This document shows positions 35,015 through 48,984 of a DNA stretch of 64,000 nt, piece by piece. The stretch lies in the NCBI GenBank assembly GCA_030704615.1, contig CM060733.1, positions 21,452,001 to 21,516,000 of the forward strand. The letters are read 5' to 3'. The position numbers and the translations under genes are program-made. Positions within the stretch are counted from its first letter, which is position 1. Every line of letters starts with the position of its first letter. The notes below the pieces were generated by a model. The model was not told the origin of the DNA. It saw nothing but the letters and a program-made list of their open reading frames with translations, and made no database searches. The stretch is from Takakia lepidozioides (Eukaryota; Plantae; Bryophyta).

Positions 35015-38000
35015 TCAAATTTCCACCCACATCTCATATGAAACTCCGCGGACATGGAAAATGCATATCTTGAGCTGATTGCAACAGTATGGCTTGCCTG
35101 AAGCTGCTACCCATGAATGGGGGGCATGCTGACCCTTACCTCTGCAAAGGATAAGTTTCCAGGAGTCTGGTATGCTCTGAATGAATGGTTGAATGCCCAT
35201 TCTGAGTCTGTTGGATCTAAGAACATAGTGGAGGGAATCCGAGGAACTAGACCACTGATGCTGGATCTGGGATATGCCCCTAGAATCCCAAGCCGCCCAC
35301 CTTCTAGCCTGACTGCGTTCGGATGGAGAGGGAGATGCCGTGTCGAGGAATAGGTGTTGTCTCATTACCTCATGGAAGGAGGTGGGTTCAGACCTCAACA
35401 TAAAAGGCCTAAGCTTATTCCAAGCGGTCCAGATTGACACCCATAAGGGGGAGCCCACCGACTTATGCCTGAATCCCTGGGCAATCCATCTCATAGATGG
35501 GCGCCATTGAGCATTAGGAAGAGGGAGTTGAGGCAGATGTACTGACCAACTAGTAGTTTCCACCACCCTCTTTCTGGTCCAAGAAACCGAGGCATCCATT
35601 TTCCCAGCAAGGCTTGGATCTGTGTTGCTGGGTCCAGCACTCCTAGGCCTCCCTTTTTCTTGGGAAGGTTGATTTGTGCCCAAGAGACTTGAGGCCTCTT
35701 ATTTTGGGAGCTTCACCACAAGGTCTCCACCCCCATGGTGAGTCCTATGCCACCCCCACTAAGTCCTACCAAGCTACCACCACCCCTCGTGGAACCACCC
35801 CCACCGCAACCCGGTGTGCGGGGCTCCACCTAGTGAGCGCCTCCGCCTCCTTGAGTGCCTTGGGCACTCAAGGGTGCTTCAGCCCCCGCATCTATAGTCG
35901 TCACTGCCCCCACCACAGGGGCAGCCCCTCTCGGCAAAGAACCAAACCCCCACTTGACTCTACTCTTCACTAGCTAGTTCAGCCGACTTGCTCCAAGTCT
36001 CGGCCAAGGGTGGAGCCTCTCAAGCTCCTCCCAGTGCACTCTTCTTGACCCAATTCAGGGCCAATGAACGATCCTCCCCGAGGATCGAATCGCCTTACTG
36101 CAACAACATTTGCTTTGCGACCGCTCGTGATGTCGCTTTTGGCATCACCTTGAGCAAGGGTTTGTCTTGAACCCTTTTTTACTAAGAAGATAACCTTGAA
36201 CCAACCGTGCGCCCCAATCACTACAATTGGGTCCGCCTTTGAATGTTGGCCTGAGGTACGGGAACACGCCGAAGCCGCACTAGGACTTCGTCCCGAGGCT
36301 ACACGATTATAGTACGTGAACGGAAGCATGTAGTTTCCGCATTAGCCCACACTACAAGGCAACCCCCTCGGTAACGCAGTTATAGTATGTGCACGCGCCA
36401 GGTGCGCAGTAGCACGTGAACTCCCAACGAAGGTGCAAGTTTCCTTGCCCCTTGGGTGGGAGTCACCCGATTTCGGCACTACACAAACACACGATTAATC
36501 CAATTTACCTCTCCCACTTTGTAAGCTTAGCATGCATTCTACACACTAGCCAACCATACCATGCATCACCATTCCAAACAAAATAGGACGCACAACATTT
36601 GGAAATCATTTCATTTATAACAAAATTTGTACTTCATTTTTGAAGTAAGGCTTCAAAAGGGAGACGCGGAATACCGGATGCACTTTGCTGTTTGCCGGCA
36701 GCTCCAATTCATACACATCCTCATTCATAACCTTCCGGATGCGAAAGGGTCCCGCATACGGAGGTACGAACTTCGGACTCACTTCCGGAGGTAGTTGAAA
36801 ATTCTTGATGTTCAACCAGACCTCCGTGTCTGCCTCAAACTTGACTTCCCTCCGCTTCCGATTTATCTGTCGTTCATACCATTTCCTAGCTTTGGCGATG
36901 TTGTACTTAGCGAGTTTCAACAAGCGCTCGCGTTCCTCCAACACTGCTGCTGCTGCCGGTTCCTCAACGTCTTGGGCAGCCCAACTTGTCGGCACTAGAG
37001 GTGTTTTTCCATAGACCAATACGAAAGGGGAATCATCCATTGCGGAGTGTTTTGTGTTATTATAACAGAACTCTGTCGCGTCCAAGTGCTCCACCTAGTC
37101 CGATTGGTCCACCGACACGTAATTCCGCAAGATCTGCTTCACCACGGATTTCACCCTTTTCGTTTGGCCGTCCGTCGTAGGTCGGAAGGCGGTGCTCATC
37201 TTGAACCTCGTCCCCATCTTCTTCCAAAGTGCCCTCCAAAATTTACTTGTAAACTTTGGATCGCGGTCCGAGACAATATCCTTCGGGAGTCCATGATGCT
37301 TGAAGACGTGGGCGAAGTAAAGTCGCCCCGTCTCCTGTGTCGTTGTCGTCTCATTGGTGGGGATGAAATGGCCCATTTTACTGAACCTATCCACCACCAC
37401 CATGATTGCATCGAATCCTTTTGACAGCGGCATAGCAGTCATGAAATCCATCGAGACACTTTCCCAAGACCCTTCTGGAATCGGCAAGGGTTGTAACAGC
37501 CCCGCTTGCTTTTTGTACTCGCTCCGGTTTTGTTAGCATGTGGTGCATGTCTTGACATACTCCTTGGCCTCCTCCCTCAGTTTTGGCCAGAAATACACTT
37601 TCTTCGGCACTCAAAGGTGCTTCAGCCCCCGTACCTATTGTTGCCACTGCCCCCACCACAGGGGCAGCCCCTCTTGTGTCCCGACCCCCTGCCCTCAAGG
37701 TAAAGGACGCGACAGCTCCTGAAGGGAACGGTTATTGGATTGATTCCAGAGGGCCGAGCGCGGGGAGAATCTATCTCGGAGAGGCTGTGGGTTTGAAGAA
37801 GAGACTGCCAAGGTGTGTCTTCTATAGGGCTGAGGTGAGGGAAAGCAGACCCATGTCTGTCCTGGTCATTGTCTACCATGTTCAAATCTCCTGCAACTAC
37901 CCATGAGTGAGCGAGAGGTTGAGAGACCATTTTCCGATTCACCAAGAGCCATAACTCAGCACGTTCAGAGGCGGTGTTGGGTGCATAGATGTTGACAAAG

Positions 38001-38948
38001 CCGATAGGGTCTAAGAGGTTGGGGAGTTTGAGAGATAAGAACTGAACCCTCCCAGGGTCCCAAACTTCCTCTTTAAGGATACATTGAGATAGGGATGACG
38101 ACAAAAGAATGGCCGTACCCCCTTTGGAGCCATCATGCGAGGGCTTCCAAAAGGCTGTGGATGCCGGCCAGAGGTGGTCTGAAAGGCCATTTATTTTACA
38201 TTGGCATAACTTGTGCTCTTGGAGGAACACTATAGCTTCTGCCTGCTGGAGTGGTGCTAACCAGATGCGTATTTTTGTTATTTTTTAAACTGCCTGGTCA
38301 GAACCAATCCCTCTTATGTTCCGGGAAGAAATACTAACCTGCATCTTGAGGAAGCGACAGGCTGAGAGGGAATGTCTCAAATGATGGCCTGTTTTGGAAA
38401 AAGTGGAATTTCGTGCGTTTGTCGTGAGGAAGGGGGGATGAGACCCATTTGTGGTTAAGAGGGGCTTTGGGGGCGGGGCTTTTGAGATGAATGAACAATA
38501 CAAAGGTGGCGGAAGGTCTGGTGGCCTGCAGATGTGGGGATGGAAGGGGTTGAAAGCGGGAAGTGGGAACTAGCTTAGAGTGAATGGATTTGGATGAATC
38601 TATGATTTCCAGGAAGAAGTATGAAAGCATGATGCGTCTAAGAGGATTGGGGGTAGATTGCGGGAAAGGGCCAGAATCCAGCGTTAGAGAGAAGGAATTT
38701 AGAGCACCCGGATAATTAATGGAAGGTAAGACTTTACCTGAGGATACATCTGCGGATTGAAGACACAGGATTTTGCATACATTTCTTAAACGAAGAAACT
38801 CCTCAGCTGACGAGCTCCTGGAGGTAGGTGGGGCAAACACGGACTGGCAAGCCAGTGGGCCAAAGACAGTCAGCTGGCATATCTGATGAGGGGGAGGATG
38901 GGTCGGATCCGATGGTGTTGTAGGATGGCCGGAAGGACAGCGTTGCAA
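35015..38948 (-). mobile_element. L1-clade LINE remnant (ORF1 end, APE endonuclease, post-RT region); RT replaced by a gypsy fragment
   Basis: SRNIRG, FLQEHKL, GGTAILL, NIYAPN and AGDLNMV (37715-38345); SPLWVSIWTAWNKL (35015-35680). Confidence 0.8.
35713..37714 (-). mobile_element. Internally deleted Ty3/gypsy element: integrase + partial LTRs of the 13466-13872 family
   Basis: WESVSMDF, VVVDRFSK, IVSDRDPKF, TDGQT, YAGPF and VHPVF (36615-37600); LTR pieces at both ends. Confidence 0.85.
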
Positions 38949-40326
38949 GTTATGATTAATGAACCAGAGGGGAGTTGCATGGTGTCATGTGGATCAAGCA
39001 TTCATGAGCTATAGATTTCTAAAAACACTTGTTTGATGTTAGCAATCCAGTTTGGATTATGTCCTAAACGGAGTGATGAAATGCTCGCAATTGGCAACCC
39101 AAGACACGTGCTCATGCCGCGTGTGTGGTTTGTTCGGGGTGATCTGCCTGGGTGTTGTTCATCATATGTGCGTCATGGCTAATAAATGAAAAGGGGGTTA
39201 ATTTTTCCCCCTCCTCAAGGGCCTGAATTGTGGACTGTCATTTAAAAAAAAATCCTAAATAAAGGGGATGAATATTTTCTTTAAATTCATTTTTTTCTTT
39301 TATTTGACAAAAAGGAAAAACAAATCCCTAAATAGAAATAGTTTAGTTTAAAAATTAGCTTAGAACTAGTTTAGCCAGTTGGCGAGTCTCGGCTAGAGTG
39401 AAGGACAGTGTAAGACGTGGCATATGGGTACTGGTTGTCATCGATACTATGTCAAGGGGTTGCGAGCAATCAGAAGATGCCTGGTGGCAGGTACATACCT
39501 TGACTGGCACGCATGCAGGCTGGTGCAACCCCACTTTTGTTCTCGCTCGTCGTCTTGTGCAATCCATGTTCTTGTGTTGGTTGCACAGCACTGCAAACAT
39601 GAGTGTAGTGGGCAGTCGCTTGAATTTTCGTAGAGCAGGCACTTGGGGATAGATCTGGGAAGTAGATTGAGTGTTGAACGGCTCAGGGATTTGCAATTTG
39701 TAGTAGTAAAGCTGCTTTGCAGAAATTGGTACTCCGGAGGAGTTAGACTACTACATTGGGACCGGGCAATTGCAGGCCTGATCTCTTTTCGCTCCGTAGC
39801 CACTTCTTGCATATTCGCCGTTTTGTTGCTGTTCCTTTCTCCTTTTGGCACATGCGATCAAGGTTTTTTCCCCTACTTCGGAGTTCTTTTTATTAGTCTT
39901 GGTGACTTCGGTGGGTGCAGTTGCCTCGGGAGCGGGAGCCCGCACTCTTTCATCTCTATCCTTCCTCAATTGAAGGTGTGGATCTTCCATCATAACCGGC
40001 TCATGTGCGATAGGATATGCCACTGCTTGCTATTGTTGGAGGCAACCGTTGCCCTGGGTATATAAGTTTTTTCTCAACTCCTGCTAATCCTGGGGCAGGT
40101 GTGATTTCGTCATGGTATCATCATTTCAGTAAGGTCTATTCAAAACCTTCACTGGCAAATTTCAAAAGGATTTCCGGCAGTCATAATCCCCGGAGCGCAC
40201 TGTATTCACATCCATTCTGATACGATATGTGAACTGGCGAATCTCGTATAATTTGTGTCTTTGGATTTCACAGCAGCTGAATTGTGAATCTCCGAAGTGT
40301 TGGAATCGCTCATAAAGACATAGATA

Positions 40327-41523
40327 ATGCCAGTGTTTGGCTTACCTCCTTCTCTGCGGTCCAATTCACCCTCATCGAGTTCTGCCCCGTTCCCATCTCC
40401 TCTCTCATCCAACTCCACTTCACTCCATCATCAACCCCTTACTTCCACCAGCTACATGACACCTTCGTTCTTCGCACCCTCATGCTATGTATCCAATTCG
40501 TCGTCTCTCCCACCTCCACCGCCTCCCTTGACATTGTCTGAATCTGACCATTTATCCCCCCAACCACCGTATATTCCAGCATCTCCTATTCATTATCCCC
40601 ACACCATAGTCTCTGCGTTTACTCCTCTGTTGTCAATCAAACCCTTTACTCCAAGCCCTTCTACATCTTTTCACCCTGAAGAGATGTCGCCTCCCAAGTA
40701 CACACCCCTCGAAGCCTTTCACCAACAAGAAAATTGGACCACCCTTGAGTCTTGTCCATTGATACCTTGCCCAAATTTGTCAGCCATTCCCTGCATCAAT
40801 CAGCCAGTGCAACCAAGTTCCACTATCTCATCAGTTAGTTCGCCGTTTGCCTTCCCTGTTCCCTCACCTCCCTCAACAAGATTGTCACCTCTTGCCTGGT
40901 ATCCTGATCGTGTTGATGCTCCTGCTTTGCCGCATAGCTATTCAGGGGGGTTTTCTTTCAATCTTCACAACCCTGCATCACATGCTGCCACATCTGAATG
41001 CCCCTTTCCTGGTCTGTGGGGAGAGTTACCACCATCAAACGTACCTGGGTCTGTCCAGCATATGGGTTATTCCAAGACGCCACCAGCTTTTGATGTGTTC
41101 AGTGAATCTCCCTACAAGCCTGATCACACTCCAGGGGAAATGACTTTGGAGAAATTCTTGAATGGAACACCCTCAACGACTTTCCAGAACTCTTCTGGAA
41201 AGGGCTGTCAATCCCCACAGCTCCTCCCGCCCCTTGGACAGCTTCCCTATCCTCAAGTTATTTTGTCGCCTTCTAACCCTTTTGCTACTCACCTGTCTGC
41301 CTTCAGCCCACAACCCCCGGAGTCATCTTCTATCCATGGTCTCAAATTCAAGCCCCAACCTGGGGGGATTTCGGTTCCTTCTTTTGATTGGAATACAGAA
41401 GATACTCGGGGCAAAATTGTTTGGCCTGAAAGGGTAATGAATCAGGGTGCTCTGGATGAATTCAAGCACAAAAGCTTGGAGGAACACCGCTGGGAGATAT
41501 ACAGTGCCGGTAACACACACACA

Positions 41524-41558
<35 letters not shown>

Positions 41559-44500
41559 CATTTATCTGATTTGCCCATTCAATTGGATTTTGTCCTGACA
41601 GTGCAAGTGTTGTTGTTGTGTTAAAATGTTGCACTCATTTGATGGCATTGAAATGGGTGATTGCCTCTGCTACAATATTGGCTAAGTACATAGTTGCGTT
41701 GGATGGGTGGGTATGGCATCGACATAGTAGGAGAGATACCAAAGGTTAATCTGGAAGATTATTTGATCTACTTTTTGCAATTAGTTGCTTGTTCCATGAT
41801 TCTTTCAACAATTTTTGTTGGACATCTGTTTTAGATGGGGATTCACTTTGTGACAGGAAATCTGAATGGTCACCAAATTGTCAAAGGGGAGGCAGATTGT
41901 GCTTCATCAGCAAATGCGACAGCATGGCTATCGAAAGAGAAGATGTCTTGCCCCTCCAAGTTGCAAGTTGCTGAAAACCAGGTTCCAGTGCCAAGGGGTG
42001 CAGTAACGGAGGGGTCGGCAATACCTACATCATTGGCCAAATTAGGGTCACCTCCTATAATAAATGTGCCCGGTTCGGTTCTACCTTCTTGTGGGATTTG
42101 GATCAACCCATTGGACTCCCAACTGGACTCCCCCACTCCAGGTGTATCTGGTTTCAGTGGTTTGGGAATGTCAGGGGGATCATCTTCTTCGTCTCAAGTG
42201 GCACCATTTCCAGTAATTCGTGGTTCTCCTTTGTCTCAAGTGGCACCATTTCCAGTAACTAGTGGTTCTCCTTGGTCTCAAGTGGCACCATTTCCAGTAA
42301 CTGGTGGTTCTGCAAACCTTTCGAAGCAGGTGGATTGTCAGGGGAGCCATGGAGGATCCTCGAATGTGATGTCCCCAGCAGAGGGGAACATTCATGGTGC
42401 AGCTTTTCCAGAGGGCTTCCCAATATTCTCCCATTATCAATCTTTGTCTCCAAATACATGTTCAATCAACTCTTCTTCTGAGCAAGGCAATCTTGGGGGG
42501 ACTTCTGCTTTAGTCCCTGAGAAGGAGCAGTTACCCAGCACTCATCCACTAATTGCAAGCCTCCACAATCTGTCAGATGTGTTGGGGACCTTTCAGTCAT
42601 CGCATTTGTCCAATCGTGTTTTGGAGCAGAACTGCAAGGTGTTGCAAAGGACGATTTACAATCTTTCTCAGTGCCTTTATGCTGAGCAACAGGAGTTGCT
42701 GCAAGGCCTACTTCTAGTTGGTGACTTTCAGAAACCAAGGTCAAATGTGCCCCCCCTCGATTCACTGGTACAGCCATTTGACTATTAAACCTTTGCTTTG
42801 TGTCAGTTAGTGGCATGTTTATATTACACCCTTCTCTGTCTCTTTTAGCAGTTTGCCTCCTCCATGAGCACTCCATTTCTGAGCGGCACTTGGGGCTTCT
42901 GATACATTCTTTTGGTTTCCTTTTGAACCACTTTCAATTCCGTGTGTGGGAGAGATAGAAATAGGCCGATGTCATGAATGCATGTCACGGAAGGTGGCTA
43001 CTTGGTTTTGCACTTAAACCTCCCTTCTAAAACGTATCGAGTGAGTTGAATCTATGCTCACCATTGGTGTTATAAACAGATCATGCTCAAGACGGAGAGG
43101 GTTGGATTGTAACAGGATAAACAAAGCGGGCTTCAGGCAAGCCAAGGTCAAAACAGAGTTATCCGACCTTGGGTAGCAGTGACAGAGGAAAATGAGCCAT
43201 CTTCAGAAGGCTTTTCAAAAACCATGTATAAGCAGACTGGGCCGGTGCCCAGATGTAAACCAGGGTATGAGGAGATGACACTCTCAGCAATTGGGAAGAC
43301 TGTAACAGATGCACCAGAAGGTAATCACATTGTTGAGACAAGCTAGGTGACCTGTGCAAGAGCTCTGAGGTTGTCTTCAGTGGGCTACCCAAATTTGTAT
43401 GCTGCCAAGTCTCGATTTAAAACCGAGCTTTTGAATTGATGTTTCTGGATCAAAGCTAACAGTACTAGATGAAAAGGGCTATGTACAGAGTGTCCGTTGT
43501 GTTGGCATGCTTTCAGGCATTCCATGTTCGATGAAAAACAGATTTTGCAAGTATGATTATCCTTTCAGACATACAGAGGGCCTACAAAGACGCGTTTGTG
43601 ACAGTCAATCGTTCATGGCGAATGTTTTGCAAACTGTTACATAAACTGTGATGCTATTCACCAAGTCGTAGAACATTCAGTTCAGTCAAGGTTGCTCTAG
43701 TTGTCAATCGCTTATTTACCAGATTGTGCTTTTGTCAAGGGTTTGTTTATTAGTGGCAATCTACAAATTGTCCTATACATGCGACAATGTGTACTAACTA
43801 TCTGTGTGATACTGCTAGGAACAAAAGTGTATCAACAACCAACCCAAAGGGACCAACAGGAGAGCAACATGTTGCTCTCTGAGCCAGAGGCCCAAGATGT
43901 GGTAGTGAACATGCTAAGGCAGGAAATTGGCGATATTCGAACAAGGCTTGATGAATCACTTAAAAGAGAGGAATATCTGAAGGCTTCATTGGAAGAACTG
44001 ACAGAAGATCTGCAATCAGAGAGAGAGGAGAGCAAAGGTACCATATATCTGTATGGAAACATGTTGAAGGAGGCCGAGGAGGCAGCAGCAAAAGCAAAGG
44101 TGGAGTCACAGCAGATAGCAAAGAAGTCCCTAACCTTGTCAGTAGGGAATATCCCACAAGAATCTGGGGGAGGTGAGCGACAAACCTTCCTTTTCCTTCT
44201 ACCCCTGCTTGACTCTCACCCATTTATGTCTGGGGAGTTTTTACTTTAGCCTAGCAAACCATGTAGGAAAATTTCACAGTGGACCGCAGACTGGTCACTT
44301 GTTCTAGTTCTTTCTTATATTATTCAAGGATCCAGTTTTGTAGCTGTATCTTCGCTGTTTGTCTTTGAGCTTGGTATTGAATGTGACATTATTGATCTTA
44401 TAACACAAAGAGGGTGAATGATTAACTTTCTGTCACTCAGTCTTGAGTCTTCACATATGGATCAGAAAATAATTGAGGCTACTATTGGATGTAATAATCT

Positions 44501-46418
44501 TAGTTGGAGACTATCCCTGGATTGGTAGGCATGTTTGGACCTGGGCGCCATCTTTAGGAAACATGATCATGCACTGGACCACACTGGTTTTTTGCTTGGA
44601 CACTTGAACATAGGGTGCTTTGCATACTGCCTCAGGTCAGGTTGCTTTTTGTTGGGTTGAAATGTTAAATTTTCTGTGGACTTCTCGATGGACTTGTTCC
44701 CGCAGTGATGAAGGGAGGAGAACAAAATTTGGAAGAAGTCACCGACTCAGCTGCTAATGAAGATGTTAGAGGAGTTCAGTCTCGGCTAGCTATTCTCCGT
44801 GCAAGACCTTGCTGGGTTGAAGCAGAGAGTTCACTGAACAATAACACTTGGACAGAAAATTTGGAAGAGAGCGTATTCCAAGGCACATCTACGAATCAGC
44901 CATTAAATCAATACGAAATTCCAAAAAATCAGCAAGGAGAGAAAGTGGATGACAGTTGTCGGACTTCATTTTCACCACACTTGCCAGTGAGACGAGTCCA
45001 CACACATGCATGTGGTGGACAAGAACTTCACAAGGAATGCAGGACTCTGAATAAACCTACAGAATTTGGACCTGCCACAGATGTCCCAGGGATTCAGCAG
45101 CACACCGGGAAAACTACAGAGAACTTGCAAATATGCGACATAGTACTGGAGCATGCACCGAAGATGGGTGACTTGAATGGAAAAGATGAAACACTTCCAG
45201 AACTGCTTGTGCCAATCCAACCAAAAAATACTGTAGCTCCTTTGAACACAGCACAAGTCACAAATATCACAGAGGATAACCAGAGGGCAAGCGTCGAATT
45301 TCGTGCAGCTCTGATCCAATCCAGGGCAAACTGTTTGAATGAAGGGGAAATAACTGAGACTATGGACAGAGATGGCTGGGGATCACTGTCGGGATATTTT
45401 GCAGACTTTGAAAAGATACAACCTGCAGTCAGCCATGATTCAACAGGTGAACAGGGCACAGGCACAGCTGTTAAGATAGCATCTGAGGCTGTAGCAGCCA
45501 AGAGGGCTGAAGAGAAAGGGACCGTTGGCTTCGTTGATATCACGACAGACCAAATAGTTCCTGCAGAGTCTCTGTTTGTGATGAGCATTGACAATGGGCA
45601 TACAGCTAGTAACCTTGATTCAAAGGGGAAAGAGATGAAATCGGCCACAACTGAGGAGTGTGCAACAAGCTCTAGGGCGGAAGGTGAGGAAATGAAAAAG
45701 AAGGGAATGGTGTTTCATCTAATCTTGTAGACAGCAAAGCTTCCGTATGCAGAGCCTCAATGCCACTTTTGGGGATCTATGCCCCAAACTTTCAGTTAGT
45801 GTATGCAAGTATGTAGGATTCAAGTGCTGTCAGAATTTGAAATTTGGTCGGGGATGGATGACCTTCACTTTCACAGATTTGTTAGTACCTTTCCTATCAA
45901 ATGTCCAACATGTCTTGAACTATTTTTGGGGATAGTAGTTGTACAGCGAGAAGCCTCCAGTGTGCAGTGGCGTTCTCCATTGCTGTTAATATGCAGGATC
46001 CACTAAAAATTGAAGATCTTCATTGTATGTCTTGAAGAAATCTGACATGTGAGCCATGCTTGAAAGCAGGCTCCTCTGCTAAGGAACAGCTCACCGGGCT
46101 TTTGGGCTTCAATGCTTAGGTGGCCCAAAGAGAACTTTATTGCATAGTGCAACAACTTCTGTATATTGTATTCTATTTCAAAGGTATTTTTGATCATGTT
46201 TTAACATGTCCAGCAGGGGAAGGGAGTGGTGAACGCGGGGCTCCACTCCTAGACACAGCAGAAGACTTCGGGTGGGAGCATGTCGGTGTGACATCTTCAA
46301 CTGGTGAGGAAAATGCTTTGGCAAAGATGAACATAGGGGAGCCCTTTTGAGAGGCCCCATCAGTGGTAGCTTTTGGAGCTGGACAGCCATTTCTTTTGAC
46401 AAAGTCGAGATTGCCAGG
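40327..46418 (+). CDS. Large multi-exon gene of unknown function (Pro/Ser-rich N-terminus, GLEBS-like motif, coiled coil, acidic C-terminus); may be disabled
   Basis: Exons 40327-41509 and 41857-42767 join in phase; further likely exons at 43819-44172, 44706-~45709 and ~46215-46418. Keeping phase seems to need a small exon near 43080-43146 that contains a TAA. SQVAPFPV occurs three times at 42192-42305. Confidence 0.55.
41513..41556. repeat. (AC)n(CT)n microsatellite at an intron start
   Basis: Read directly from the sequence. Confidence 0.95.
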
Positions 46419-47792
46419 TTAGGTAACATTTTGCTGTTTCAGGCTCTATGACTGGGCTGCATTGCTTACTTAGGAGAGATATGAGCAATGAGTGCCCTCA
46501 AGAGTATCTGGGGGAAGAGAGGGGGAGTGGATGAGGGGAGATTGGGGCTACTGCCATTGTGGAAGCTTTCTATAGTGGTAGACTTGCCTTGAAAGTTGAA
46601 GTTGATTCTTGACTTCCAGCTATCAACATAGTTCTTCAGCATAGCATGAGTTTATACAAGAATTAAAGCCAGAAAAGGAGGGTCACAGTTTTTGGCCGCG
46701 TGTTGTGCCTGTCAAACTAATTAAAACAAGGTGCAGTGATGAGTCTCTCTGATACGTGCAAAGAGAGCCTCTCATTCAGCAGAATACCGGTTACAATGCA
46801 ATAGAAACGAATGCTAGAGAGTAGTGATGATTTTGAATTGATCACCCAGGATCTTATTACAAACCCCTACTTGTAGATTATCAACTCTATGGGTTTTGGA
46901 TGACAGTTATTTCTTTTGAGAAGTTAATAAGTCCTCGTGTTGACTTGCCGCGGGCTGTTTGGGGGAACACAAGGGAGCTTGTTGAATTGATCCTACGCAC
47001 AGCTCGGTTGCAAAATTGTCACTTTCTGATATCTGTGGTTGTAATCTTGTTTTCTGTGCAGGGTAAAATACCTGGTGACTTGCACTTTAATGGTGGCATT
47101 GCGGTCCTGTTGATGCAAATGTAGTGTTGGGATTGCTGCAGACTTGTAATTAAAATTGTAAATATTTGTCTTCTGCTGGAATTTGCATTCTATCACAATC
47201 TAGAAGAGGGACTGGGAGACTGGTCAATTGGATGCTCATCTCACTCCTCATTTTCTTCTGTCAATTTTTAACCAGAGTTTGAACTGCACCATGCTGTAAG
47301 TTAGGGGTTTTGGACATCCCGAGTCGATATTTAAGTCTGGTAAATAGTCGTTGATGTTTTGCTTTGGTTTGAAATGAAGGAGTCAAGCCTATGGACAGAG
47401 CAATTTCTCAAAATCAATCAATGCACACCAAATACGTATTTGTCACAATTTGTGTAACCATGTAATAGTAATGGTCTATATACCCTAGAACTTTCAGCTT
47501 TTTCCCTAGAAGGAAACCTGTGAGCGTAATCCTGTGAATCCACCGTCCAAGGCTGTGAATCCTATAATCTACGCTCCAGTCTGGTCAGTGCATTACAGCT
47601 TACTAAAAGGGCAGGGGAGAAGTTCCCTGTGCGCGCGCTAATCGCGCCGCCGCTCGAGGATAAATACATACAAGATCAGCATTCCAGCTCCACTCAGCTG
47701 CCGATCGGGAGCTCCACATACTGCACTTGAGCAGGTACTCAACCGATGATCTGGGCACTCGAGTAGGCCACTCTAGTACCAGCTGCCGGAGA

Positions 47793-48527
47793 ATGGCAGA
47801 ATGGTTCCCCAGCTCCAGAATGGTCTGTCACTTCATTGCCGAAGTCGTCTGCCGGCCTTCTTCCCTGGCTCCCCCCCACTGCTGCTTTTCAGAAGCGCCC
47901 TTGCTTATCTTCTTCTCTCAAATGCTGGTCTAGTTCCCTTTTTCTGCGATGCATAGCTAGCAGGGTAGAGCAACAACCTGAGCATTTACGTACCGTTAAG
48001 ATTCCCAACGATGACATCGAGGTTCCACCTCTCGTCTCTTCCATGGGTATCATAGGCCTCCCACCTCGACAGCAGAGCATATTTGCAGTTGAAGCCGAGG
48101 AACGCCTCATGAAAATTGCGGAGCACTGGCAGATCAACTCGTTTGAATCCTATTGTCATCAGTCCATCTCGCTGGTCAGCTTTGCGTACAGCGGAGCCGT
48201 CAGTTCTGATCCTTTAGTAGCCATCTCTATTACATTCACCCTCATGTGGATCCTGGATGATCTTTTGTTTGATTCGCCAAACGACTTGCTCCTTGAGGAG
48301 TACGGAATAGATCCCAGCATCCGTGAGAGCCATCACACAATCGGAGAGTTCCTCAACAACTTGAACCTCCTCTTGAGGCAACACGAGCCTCCGTGCGATC
48401 CCAGCCCAATCGAGGGGATGATGTGGGAATTGGGTCCGGACATGCGACGCTTGTCCAACCCGGAATGGTTCGATACTTTTACAGACGTTGTCACCGAGTA
48501 TCACAGAGTGGCCATTGCCAGCCAAGT
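47793..48527 (+). pseudogene. Microbial terpene synthase-like (MTPSL) gene, N-terminal half only
   Basis: LVSFAYSGA...FTLMWILDDLLFD (Asp-rich motif)...WFDTFTDVVTEY. The NSE/DTE motif is absent because the sequence switches to Ulp1-like DNA. The ATG at 47793 is out of frame with the domain. Confidence 0.78.
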
Positions 48528-48946
48528 TTGTTCATCTGAATTCCATGACATCATTCCACAGCCGGCATGCCTTTGAAACACGTCTTCGCACTTTTAGAGC
48601 ATACCTACACAAAGCCGAACCGGACTCAGTACTTTGGAATGAAATAATGGCATGGGAGTGGCTGGAACCTGAGGTGCCACAACAACCAATCGGCTGGGAG
48701 TGTGGCTACTTTGTAATGACTTTCATACATAAATACTTGGAGACCAAAATCACAAAAAAATGGGGGGCAACTTTTACAGCAGATTGGTTTACATGTGAGT
48801 ACGCAATATCAAAGCAGGATTTCCTTTGTGGATGGATAGTGGATAATTGGGATGATGAAGATTTGCAGCGTAGATTGTTGCATGTGCATGCCTCAGATGC
48901 TGAGGATGTAGCTATTGTATCTCCATTCCCCACAAAAAAAAAATGA
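48528..48946 (+). pseudogene. Ulp1/C48 cysteine protease C-terminal fragment (MULE cargo)
   Basis: HLNSM...VPQQPIGWECGYFVM matches the QQxNxxDCGxF catalytic motif. Confidence 0.75.
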
Positions 48947-48984
48947 AGCTTGTCCTCCTCTTTGTAATCCCTTTGTGCCTGTGA

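Noticed and set aside
39355-40300. Overlapping ORFs upstream of the large gene
   Set aside because: No recognisable motifs; more likely 5' UTR or intron.
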